A DNA stretch of 36,824 nucleotides, from the NCBI GenBank assembly GCA_037190965.1, contig JBBCKI010000060.1, positions 1 to 36,824 on the forward strand, given 5' to 3'. This DNA comes from Chthoniobacteraceae bacterium (GTDB lineage Bacteria > Verrucomicrobiota > Verrucomicrobiia > Chthoniobacterales > Chthoniobacteraceae). The position numbers and the translations under genes were made by a program. Below, piece by piece: positions 8,812 through 16,804 of this stretch (the first letter of the stretch is position 1; every line of letters starts with the position of its first letter). Below the pieces are notes generated by a model. That model did not search any database. It saw nothing but the letters and a program-made list of their open reading frames with translations, and was not told the origin of the DNA.

Positions 8812-9207
8812 TCAGGATCCCTCTGATTTCCCTGGTTTCCCCGACTTCTGGCCTGGCACCGTCCACCCCAGTCGGGAGCGGTTGCGCGCCACCCACCGGT
8901 AGACAAACCGGGCAAGGGGGCGCCCCCCAGGCACTGCAAGATACGCGCGCCCGAGAAGGCGCGGCATCCCCCGGGTATACTCAAGCGCGCGCGATACGGC
9001 ATCCGCGCCGGAAGTCACCCTGCCACCGGGCTCTACAAACTGCACCGCCTCCTCAAAGGCTTCGCGTGGAATCGCAGGGAAATCGGCCGCCGCATCCTGG
9101 AAAGGGCGGTAGACCACCCGATCTCCGGTCAACGCACGGAATCGTTCCACCCAATAACGACAGAAACCGCAGTCGCCGTCGAAAACCATCACCGGGCGAG
9201 GCCCCAT
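8812..9207 (-). CDS. DCC1-like thiol-disulfide oxidoreductase (DUF393 family)
   Basis: VFDGDCGFC (DxxCxxC) and the C-terminal YRWVARNR signature; GGAG SD before ATG 9207. The upstream part of the track ORF is antisense to a pilin gene. Confidence 0.88.
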   Translation of the reverse strand: MGPRPVMVFDGDCGFCRYWVERFRALTGDRVVYRPFQDAAADFPAIPREAFEEAVQFVEPGGRVTSGADAVSRALEYTRGMPRLLGRAYLAVPGGRPLARFVYRWVARNRSRLGWTVPGQKSGKPGKSEGS

Positions 9208-9427
9208 GAGGTCTCCATTGTCTTGTAAATCGCTGGCGCGTTGCATAAGAACACCATGCTGCGGCGTGATCCCGAAAGATAGCCGCGAGACCCTGAAAAG
9301 ACCATGGGCAAAGAGTAAACACCTCTTTTCTTCATGCCTTTCGGGGGAAATGACCCTTATCCTGATGGCATAAATTATGCTTTGCATAAAAAAGAGTATG
9401 CGCCGCTCCAAATTTTTATCCCCCGCC

Positions 9428-9907
9428 ATGAAACCCGGGGAACCGAGAAAGCGGATACACAGCGGTTTTACCCTCCTGGAAGTCATCGTCGCGATGTGTG
9501 TCGCCGCGATTCTGGGGTCGACGACGCTGATCGCGCTGTTGTCGGCGCAGAAGTACGCGACCTCCACCCGCGTTCTGAACAACGCGCGCATCATCGTACA
9601 GCGCAACATTCACACGGCCCTCGGCGTAAAGTTCACCGATGTCGACGTTCCGGGGATTCTTCAGTTAACCGACTCCGGCGGAGTCACCTACAATGACCAA
9701 GGCGGCGGTTCTTCCCCCACCGTTCCCATCATCGTCTCCAGCGCTTCCAATACCGTCGTCAGCGGCACCTTGACCAGAATCGTCACCGCCCATCCCAATT
9801 CTGCCAATGCGGTAATCCGCAGAGTCACCTTCAGGCTCGACTACGAGTTACAGGGCCGGTCGATTTCGTACTCAATGTCCACCATCCGCGCACAGGACAA
9901 TCAATGA
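9428..9907 (+). CDS. Prepilin-type N-methylation protein (PilV/GspI-like minor pilin)
   Basis: Class III signal: basic leader then G|FTLLEVIVAM with E5, followed by a hydrophobic helix. Start could also be 9398 or 9377. Confidence 0.85.
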   Translation: MKPGEPRKRIHSGFTLLEVIVAMCVAAILGSTTLIALLSAQKYATSTRVLNNARIIVQRNIHTALGVKFTDVDVPGILQLTDSGGVTYNDQGGGSSPTVPIIVSSASNTVVSGTLTRIVTAHPNSANAVIRRVTFRLDYELQGRSISYSMSTIRAQDNQ

Positions 9908-10881
9908 AACTTCCCCCCCTCTCCCATTGTCGTCGCCGCGACGGCTTTTCCCTTTTGGAAGTGCTCGTGGCGGGGACGATTACAATCGCCGTCACCAGCG
10001 GAGTCTATCTGTTGACGCAGGCGGGAATGATCGTGGGCGTGAAAGGACTCTCCGCCAACGCAACGGGCTCAGCAGCCCGCTCCAGCGTGGACCGCGCTCA
10101 ACAGTTCATCCAAATCGCCTATGACACCCCGACGCTGATCAATAGCAATGGCACCACAGTCAGCGGAACGGGACCGGCGCAAGGGGTAAAGTTCTACCGC
10201 TACGCGGGCGGTCCCTACGTCATCACCCTGCCCACCGCCGGGCTCTCGGGCACGACGAGAACCCTCACGGTCACCTGCGCCAGAAACGCACACGTCCCTC
10301 CCCCCAAACCGGAGCCCAACGATGCGTTTATCATCAATACGACCATCCTGATGAGTGGATCGGCAAACCAGGTTACCGCTTATGTTGCCGAAGGCTCCAG
10401 CGCCGTCGTTTCTTCCACCAACGGCAACAAGGTCACGCACACCATCACACTTTCTGACCGACTGACCGGCGCCAACGGCAGCACGGGCAACATCCCGGCG
10501 GATACGGGCATCGTCACAGCCATTCTCATCCGGCCCACCGCTCTCGTCGTCACGCCTACCGCCAAATGGCGGGAGCTTCGCCTTTTCGAATCATTCCCCA
10601 GGGCGAGTACCGTCGATGTCAACGCGAGACATACGATGCTGACCAACCAGGTGGCTCTGTCGACCTATGATAGCACTCCGTCCGCCAGCGATGCGATGTC
10701 GGATGCCAACGCCAAGCCGTTCTCGCTCTCGACCATCAATGGGCGCACCTTTGTGCATACCGATCTGCGCATTCGCGACAGGCGTTATGGCAAGTTTCTT
10801 AAAAACAAAGAGACCGATGAGTTCTCCGCCTATTTGAGGCTCACTTCGAGAATTCCCGTCAAATGCAATCCAAACGAATGA
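9904..10881 (+). CDS. Prepilin-type N-methylation protein (PilW/GspJ-like minor pilin)
   Basis: RRRDG|FSLLEVLVAG class III signal; ATGA overlaps on both sides. Confidence 0.85.
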   Translation: MKLPPLSHCRRRDGFSLLEVLVAGTITIAVTSGVYLLTQAGMIVGVKGLSANATGSAARSSVDRAQQFIQIAYDTPTLINSNGTTVSGTGPAQGVKFYRYAGGPYVITLPTAGLSGTTRTLTVTCARNAHVPPPKPEPNDAFIINTTILMSGSANQVTAYVAEGSSAVVSSTNGNKVTHTITLSDRLTGANGSTGNIPADTGIVTAILIRPTALVVTPTAKWRELRLFESFPRASTVDVNARHTMLTNQVALSTYDSTPSASDAMSDANAKPFSLSTINGRTFVHTDLRIRDRRYGKFLKNKETDEFSAYLRLTSRIPVKCNPNE

Positions 10882-12695
10882 AGACAACCGCTTATTCCCG
10901 TCAGGGAAACGTGCTATTTACGACGCTGCTGCTTCTCCTGGGGGTTGCCGCGCTCGTCGGGGTCTCTCTTAACGTAACCACCAACACGGCCCGACTCACC
11001 AGTCGCAGCCGGGATGTCGCCAAGGCGGAGGCGGCCGCGGAGGGCGCACTGGAATACGCCTACGCGCTCTGGCTCGGAAAGATTCGAGGAGCCCCCATTA
11101 CCACGGCAGAAGCGAATGCGGACCTGGTGCTGCCGCAGTTCGAAGGAGTCAGCTATGCGTCATCCGGCCCCCAGTTGCGCATTGACGCCCTCGATGAATA
11201 TGGCGTGCCAATGACCTCCGGCACCCTCCCGCCGCGCGTGACGGGGCGGGTGCCGGGCTATGAGGGATGGGCGGGGCAGACCTTTACCTACGTGGCACAG
11301 GCGAGAATGCAGGTCGATAATAACACCGTCATCGGCGTCAAGCGTCTCTTCCAGTACACGGAAGTACCGCTCTTCCAGTCGATGTTCTTCTTCCAGCATG
11401 ACCTGGAGTTTTATCGGCCTGCCACGATGGTTCTCAACGGTCTCGTCCACAGCAACAGCAACATGTATTTTGCTTTTGACAAAGACTCCATGACCATCGG
11501 TGACAACGTGACTTACTCGGGGGAGTTTCTCGGTGAGTCCCCTTCGGCGAAATACTGGCCTGATGGTTACCAGAAGCCGCCGTGGGCGGGTTACGACCCG
11601 AAATGGGTCACCTCGAAGGCATCGCAACTTCACAAGGTTCCAGCTATCCAGCCGATGGGCAGCGCTCCCGAGAAGGTCTTCGACACGACGGATAACAACC
11701 CCAACAACGATGGATTCCGCGAGCTTATCGAGCCACCCAATCCGAACCATCCCGATCCCGAGGCAATTTCGACCCGCCGTATGATCAATAAGGCGGGAAT
11801 CGTCATCACGATCACAGGGACATCGAGCGTCACGGTGACCGGCCAAAAAGGCACGACCCTTAACCCGACCGCCGTCTCAAACATCGGAAGCGCCATCTCA
11901 AGGGTCGTCACCACTTCCACCAACAAATCTGGCGTCGTGACCGTGACTGCATTGGGCCTCTACGACAGGCGGGAATCAAAGCAAGTCGAAGTTTATGATG
12001 TCGACATCGCCAAGCTCAAGACGGCCCTCGCCGTTGGTTCAGGCGTCTCCAACTTCAACAATGTTCTGTATATTCATGATACACTGAACTCCAACATGCC
12101 CACGACAATCCGGCTCAAAAATGGAAGCGTGCTGCCCGATGCAGGCTTGACTGTTGCCAGCCAAAACCCGGTCTACATCTGGGGAGATTACAATACTGGC
12201 GGAACCGGCAGCAATGTTCCCACCAATTCAGGAACTTCGTCGACCGCGGCACCCACCGCCGGCACTTACGAAAGAAAGCCTTCCGCTGTGATTGGTGACG
12301 CAGTCATGTTTCTCTCCAATAACTGGACGGACGCAAAGTCGGCAACGGACACGCTAAGAACGACTCCGAGCAACCTCGATGCCCGGGTTGCGAGCAACAC
12401 AACCTATAACACCGCGATCATTTCAGGCTTCATGCCGTCCACCAACAACAGCTATTCGGGCGGAGCCAACAACTTCCCCCGCTTTCTTGAGAAGTGGGGC
12501 AGCGCCCGCTGCACTTACTACGGCTCCATGGTGGAGCTCTTCGAAAGCAAGACCTTCACGGGAAAATGGAATACGGGAGACATCTATTCTCCCCCTACCC
12601 GGTGGTGGAACTTCGACAAGAAATTTTTGCAACGACCGCCTCCCGGCAGCGTCGATGCCATCGTCCTGAGCCGAGGCCCGTGGTCCCGCTTCTAG
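10878..12695 (+). CDS. Large PilX/GspK-like pilin with an HpsA-like C-terminal domain
   Basis: SRQG|NVLFTTLLLL leader lacking E5 (PilX/GspK type); AEAAAEGALEYA helix; C-terminal NPVYIWGDYN, GDAVMFLSNNW, SGGANNFPRFLEKW and YSPPTRWWNFD motifs. Confidence 0.75.
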   Translation: MKTTAYSRQGNVLFTTLLLLLGVAALVGVSLNVTTNTARLTSRSRDVAKAEAAAEGALEYAYALWLGKIRGAPITTAEANADLVLPQFEGVSYASSGPQLRIDALDEYGVPMTSGTLPPRVTGRVPGYEGWAGQTFTYVAQARMQVDNNTVIGVKRLFQYTEVPLFQSMFFFQHDLEFYRPATMVLNGLVHSNSNMYFAFDKDSMTIGDNVTYSGEFLGESPSAKYWPDGYQKPPWAGYDPKWVTSKASQLHKVPAIQPMGSAPEKVFDTTDNNPNNDGFRELIEPPNPNHPDPEAISTRRMINKAGIVITITGTSSVTVTGQKGTTLNPTAVSNIGSAISRVVTTSTNKSGVVTVTALGLYDRRESKQVEVYDVDIAKLKTALAVGSGVSNFNNVLYIHDTLNSNMPTTIRLKNGSVLPDAGLTVASQNPVYIWGDYNTGGTGSNVPTNSGTSSTAAPTAGTYERKPSAVIGDAVMFLSNNWTDAKSATDTLRTTPSNLDARVASNTTYNTAIISGFMPSTNNSYSGGANNFPRFLEKWGSARCTYYGSMVELFESKTFTGKWNTGDIYSPPTRWWNFDKKFLQRPPPGSVDAIVLSRGPWSRF

Positions 12696-12702
12696 CCTCG
12701 TT

Positions 12703-13296
12703 ATGAGAAGAACGATCTTCCTGCTCTTCCTGCTGGCAAGCGGCTCAATGGGCCTGGCCCTCGACTTCACCCCGCGATACTACGAGAATACCTTCCCCAA
12801 CGGCGCTTCCCTTAAAAAGCTCTACTTTGCTGACGGCAACAAAAAGTACACCGTCAATTTGGACCATGACATCGAGGTTTCCGGCGACAAGGGCGAAACT
12901 CTTTTCCGCTATCGGAGCCTTGAGGGTGCCACCTTCACGCTGAGGGGCTCGCCGAACTCGCTCTCATTCGACGCCGATGGCCTGGATGCTTGTCGCAAGA
13001 TGGCTGAATCTTTCGCGCCATCGGGGAGCATGGCGGGCGGCGAGTGGGAGGAATTGCCCAATAGCATTCAACGCTCCAACTGGCAAAGCTATCGATTCAC
13101 CAGAACCTATAGACTTCCCGGTTCAACCATTCGCCAGTCGGTCGCTTTCGTGAATGCCGGGCAAAAACACCAATTCATCCTCGTCACAACGGCGTTCACC
13201 GCCCAATTCAAGGAGGCGGCGGAACGCACCGAAGAGATTGCCAGGAGTTGGCGCGAACTCACCGACGAGGATCTGAGCGCCCCGTCGTTTAATTAG
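12703..13296 (+). CDS. Exported hypothetical protein (possibly PsbP/Mog1-like fold)
   Basis: Signal peptide ending GLA; 7 bp after the PilX-like gene; C-terminal beta-strand then amphipathic-helix pattern. Confidence 0.7.
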   Translation: MRRTIFLLFLLASGSMGLALDFTPRYYENTFPNGASLKKLYFADGNKKYTVNLDHDIEVSGDKGETLFRYRSLEGATFTLRGSPNSLSFDADGLDACRKMAESFAPSGSMAGGEWEELPNSIQRSNWQSYRFTRTYRLPGSTIRQSVAFVNAGQKHQFILVTTAFTAQFKEAAERTEEIARSWRELTDEDLSAPSFN

Positions 13297-13525
13297 TGTC
13301 CTATCACGAAAGTTCTTTGGATAAATCAGCGGACATCGCGTGATCCAGCGCAATGCCAAAGCTGTGGAAAACCACAGTACTCCAAGACGCTGCCGCGTAG
13401 CCCAGGCGCATGGAGCCTCGCGGTAGCGTCTTGAAGTGCGGCGGTCCCGCCGCTTACGCAGAGTGCTTGGCTTTTCTTGTCGTATCTTCCAAGACAGAAT
13501 GAAGTTCTATTTATTTATGACACTA
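13294..13525. mobile_element. Possible IS630-like MITE/remnant containing a REPIN
   Basis: Bounded by TAGTGTC (13294-13300) and GACACTA (13519-13525), with 15/24 identity between the inverted ends. The left TAG is the upstream gene's stop codon. No transposase. Confidence 0.35.
13356..13455. repeat. REPIN-like element, second copy
   Basis: 19 nt identical to copy 1 (ACTCCAAGACGCTGCCGCG, 13379-13397); imperfect inverted arm at 13419-13439; terminal hairpins CTGTGG-aaaa-CCACAG and GCGGCGG-tc-CCGCCGC. Confidence 0.8.
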
Positions 13526-13536
13526 GTTTAACTAGT

Positions 13537-14013
13537 TCAATTAGAGACCCGTCCGTACCGCCGCACTTCAAACTGCGGGTGCACCCGCACGATTCCCTGA
13601 AATTCGAACATCGGCTCGAACTCCGGGAACCGGGTGTCTCCTTCCATTTCGACCGGCAGCACCGTCAGAAGCAGTTCCGCGCAACGCGGCAAAAGCTGCG
13701 CATAGATCTCCCCTCCGCCAATCACAAAGACATCGCGGCCGGGTTCGGCAAGCGAGGAGGGATCGACCTCCGAGGGATCGCGCAGGATGGTCACCCCTTC
13801 GATGGCTGGGCCGCGTGTGATCACGACATTGTGCCGGTTCGGCAGCGGTCGCCCCAGCGACTCATAGGTCTTTCGCCCCATGACGACGGTATGCCCTGTC
13901 GTGGCTTCCTTGAACCACCGCAACTCATCGGGAATCCGCCACGGGATTGTCCCCGCCTGGCCGATAACCCGGTTACGCGCCATGGCGGCGATGGCTTTTA
14001 ACTGTTGGCTCAT
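13537..14013 (-). CDS. folA: Dihydrofolate reductase
   Basis: IPWRIP, VVMGRKTYESLGRPLPNRHN, FVIGGGEIY and GDTRFP motifs. Confidence 0.96.
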   Translation of the reverse strand: MSQQLKAIAAMARNRVIGQAGTIPWRIPDELRWFKEATTGHTVVMGRKTYESLGRPLPNRHNVVITRGPAIEGVTILRDPSEVDPSSLAEPGRDVFVIGGGEIYAQLLPRCAELLLTVLPVEMEGDTRFPEFEPMFEFQGIVRVHPQFEVRRYGRVSN

Positions 14014-14045
14014 GACGGATGAAGCTGCTGTCTGAGAGTTGATGG

Positions 14046-14840
14046 CTAAACGGCCACCGGCGCTTTGATGGCCGGGTGGGGATCATACCCGGTGAGGGTG
14101 AAATCCTCGTAGCTGAAGCCGCGAATGTCGCAGATGGCCGGGTTGAGCGTCATCGTGGGGAGCGGTCGTGGCTCCCGGGAGAGTTGTTCGCGGGCCTGCT
14201 CCAGATGGTTGGAATAGAGGTGCAGATCACCGAAGGTATGCACAAAATCTCCGGGCTTGAGCCCGCAGACTTGCGCGATCATCTGCGTGAGCAGTGCATA
14301 CGAGGCGATATTGAAAGGAACGCCCAGAAAGAGATCCGCGCTCCGCTGGTAAAGCTGGCAGGAGAGCTCCCCGTCATGCACGTAGAACTGGAAGAGGAGA
14401 TGACACGGCGGAAGCTTCATCGTCTCGATCTCGCCCGGGTTCCACGCGGTGACGATCAGACGGCGGCTGTCCGGGTTCCGCTTGATCTGCGTGATCACCT
14501 CGTCGATCTGGTTGATCGAACGCCCGTCAGGGGAGCGCCAATCGCACCATTGCGCCCCGTAAACCCGCCCGAGGTTCCCTTCTGCGTCGGCCCATTCGTC
14601 CCAAATGGTCACTCCGGCTGCCTGAAGCGAGCGGACGTTGGTTTCCCCCCGCAGGAACCAGAGCAGTTCGTGGATGATCGACTTGAGGTGCAGCTTCTTG
14701 GTCGTCAAAAGCGGAAAGCCGTTTCTCAGGTCAAAACGCGCCTGGGCGCCGAACACCGACCACGTTCCCGTGCCGGTGCGGTCGGGTTTAAATTTGCCCT
14801 CGGCGAGGACCAGTTTCAAAAGGTCGAGGTAAGCGCGCAC
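14046..14840 (-). CDS. thyA: Thymidylate synthase
   Basis: [36 protein letters not shown] and HLYSNH motifs; GTG start. Confidence 0.98.
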   Translation of the reverse strand: MRAYLDLLKLVLAEGKFKPDRTGTGTWSVFGAQARFDLRNGFPLLTTKKLHLKSIIHELLWFLRGETNVRSLQAAGVTIWDEWADAEGNLGRVYGAQWCDWRSPDGRSINQIDEVITQIKRNPDSRRLIVTAWNPGEIETMKLPPCHLLFQFYVHDGELSCQLYQRSADLFLGVPFNIASYALLTQMIAQVCGLKPGDFVHTFGDLHLYSNHLEQAREQLSREPRPLPTMTLNPAICDIRGFSYEDFTLTGYDPHPAIKAPVAV

Positions 14841-14886
14841 GGAGAAAACTCTACGCCAGAGTCGGGTTTCTTCGAAAGCTCAAAGA

Positions 14887-14915
14887 TTGCCCGCCCTCGG
14901 TTTGGCCGGTAGTCT
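14887..14915 (+). promoter_or_regulatory. Putative sigma70 promoter of the ARH-family gene
   Basis: TTGCCC-17 nt-TAGTCT, 8 nt before ATG 14924; no SD. Confidence 0.45.
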
Positions 14916-14923
14916 CCCCCTCC

Positions 14924-15901
14924 ATGAGCAACGAGCAGATCAAGGACCGGGCGCGCGGCGCGATTTGGGGGCAACTGCTGGCGGACGCCGCCTGTCTGGG
15001 CACCCACTGGATTTACGACCTCGACGCTCTGTATTCGACTTACCCGGATCCCAAAGGCTTTGAGGAGCCTCGGGAAGGGCACTACCACGCGGGAAAAAAA
15101 CCGGGCGATCAAACGCATTATGGCGAGGCCGCGCGGGTCATGCTCGAATCGGTCTCGCGGCTGGGGCAATTCAATGCCGCAGACTTCGGCGCGAAGTTCA
15201 TCGAATTTTTCGGCACACCGGACTACCGGGGCTATCTCGACAAGGCCACCCGGGGTACGCTGGAAAATTACAGGGCGTTTATGGACCATCAGGCCCTCCA
15301 TCCCGGCGAACCGTTCGATTACCAGCAGGGAGCCGACGATGACCAGCTCGCCACTGCGTCCCGGCTGGCCCCGGTCGTCGTCGCACACCGGGAAGACCCC
15401 GCCTTGCTGACGGTCGTGGAACACGCCACCCGTGTTTGCCAGAACAACGGCCGCGCGGTTGCCACCATGAAGGCCAACGCGTTGATCCTGAAAGCCGCCT
15501 TGGAAGGGCGCGATCTCGAGGAGGCGGCAGAAGAAGTCGCCGCAAAAATGCCGGAGATCGACCCGGAATTTGGCCCCGACGTTCGCGACGAAATCAGAGC
15601 CGCCGTGGCCGATCCGCGCAGCATCATGGAAGTCACGCTCGACTTCGGCCAATCGTGTCCCCTGCCCCACAGCTTTCCCTCCGCGCTCCACGCCGCCTTG
15701 AAGCATCGGCATTCCTTCGAAGATGCCGTCATCGCCACGCTGCACGCCGGGGGCGACAACGCGGGGCGCGCCGCCATGCTGGGAGCCTGGGTGGGCGCGT
15801 GCGTCGGCGAACGCGGGATTCCGGCAGTATGGCGCCGGCGCTTGAGTGGCACTGAAGTGGTTCGCGAGCAGATCGAAGCGCTGATTGGGAAAGTAATCTG
15901 A
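14924..15901 (+). CDS. ADP-ribosylglycohydrolase (DraG/ARH/crystallin J1) family protein with atypical motifs
   Basis: DRARGAIWGQLLADA start; FEDAVIATLHAGGDNAGRAAMLGAWVGA...GIPAVW C-terminal pattern. Confidence 0.85.
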   Translation: MSNEQIKDRARGAIWGQLLADAACLGTHWIYDLDALYSTYPDPKGFEEPREGHYHAGKKPGDQTHYGEAARVMLESVSRLGQFNAADFGAKFIEFFGTPDYRGYLDKATRGTLENYRAFMDHQALHPGEPFDYQQGADDDQLATASRLAPVVVAHREDPALLTVVEHATRVCQNNGRAVATMKANALILKAALEGRDLEEAAEEVAAKMPEIDPEFGPDVRDEIRAAVADPRSIMEVTLDFGQSCPLPHSFPSALHAALKHRHSFEDAVIATLHAGGDNAGRAAMLGAWVGACVGERGIPAVWRRRLSGTEVVREQIEALIGKVI

Positions 15902-15906
15902 TCGCG

Positions 15907-16179
15907 ATGGTTCCATCTCCCGAACAGCAGAACGAGTTTCAAAAACGCCATCCCGACTCAGCACCGGGAATCTATTGGATCAACAGCGATCTCTGTCTCG
16001 ATTGTAACCTTTGCCGCGAACTGGCTCCGACCGTATTTCGTCGCGATGACAGGATGGGCATCAGCTACGTCTACAAACAACCAGCTACCCCGCAGGAACT
16101 CGCTCAGGCTAGAGAAGCGGTGGAAGGCTGCTGTGTCGAAACGATCTTTGCCAACGGTCACCTGTTCAATTGGGAATGA
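15907..16179 (+). CDS. Small single-cluster ferredoxin
   Basis: CLDCNLCRELAP...YVYKQP...EGCCVETI (CxxCxxC...C). Confidence 0.85.
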   Translation: MVPSPEQQNEFQKRHPDSAPGIYWINSDLCLDCNLCRELAPTVFRRDDRMGISYVYKQPATPQELAQAREAVEGCCVETIFANGHLFNWE

Positions 16180-16297
16180 CTTATCGAGTGCCGTACTGCG
16201 AGGATGACGACGCCAAAACGGGACTCAGCGGTGCGGCAGCACCGGTAGTCCGCTCGCGCCACCGAGCGCGGATATTGGCTTTCGGGTGTTCCCTTAA

Positions 16298-16711
16298 CTA
16301 ACGTTCGAATCGCGCACTAATCGGCGAGCAGTAAGCCAAAGCCAGAACCGCTCCCAAAAGGATGTTTGAAATCTCGTAACAGGTATTTTCCAGAGAGGAC
16401 ATCAATACGGGACCGTCAAATAGAAGGAGCAAGCAGAATATCACAGTTGTCCAACACGCCAAGGATCGCGCCCATCGCTTAAAGAGAAACAACCCGATCC
16501 ACTCCGCAATCGTCACTGCGAACAATAGGCCAAAAAGACATAAGGAAAGCCAGAAGCCCTCAAATATCCATGAATCAGGCAGTTCCGCATAAGCTTCCGC
16601 AAGTGCCGGAGGGAAACCATTCGACTCGAAGAGGCCGACGCCGATACCCACAACCCCGGCAATAACATGCAAGACAAGAATGATCCGAAATTGGGCTCCT
16701 GTAATTAACAT
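16298..16711 (-). CDS. Hypothetical membrane protein (~4 TM), AT-richer than its flanks
   Basis: Four hydrophobic segments; GLFLFKRWAR loop; AAGGAAG SD before ATG 16711. Confidence 0.7.
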   Translation of the reverse strand: MLITGAQFRIILVLHVIAGVVGIGVGLFESNGFPPALAEAYAELPDSWIFEGFWLSLCLFGLLFAVTIAEWIGLFLFKRWARSLACWTTVIFCLLLLFDGPVLMSSLENTCYEISNILLGAVLALAYCSPISARFER

Positions 16712-16804
16712 TGAACTTCCTTTGAGAAACCCTGCGGAGACTGCTCTTAAATAAAGCCAAGTCAAGCGTGCAGGGAAACCTCCCTGAATTCTGCGATCAA
16801 GACT

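Noticed and set aside
9208..9609. N-terminal extension of the DCC ORF
   Set aside because: Overlaps the pilin gene on the other strand; the SD and domain start support ATG 9207.
5047..13455. CRISPR interpretation of the repeated 19-mer
   Set aside because: Only two copies about 8 kb apart, no regular spacers and no cas genes.
13520..13538. Resemblance of ACTAGTTTAACTAGTTC to the E. coli TrpR operator
   Set aside because: Spacing is one base off, and it lies between two gene 3' ends rather than at a promoter.
13477..14001. 174-aa plus-strand ORF
   Set aside because: Antisense to folA; no independent evidence.
14816..15964. 382-aa minus-strand ORF
   Set aside because: Antisense shadow of the ARH-family gene.
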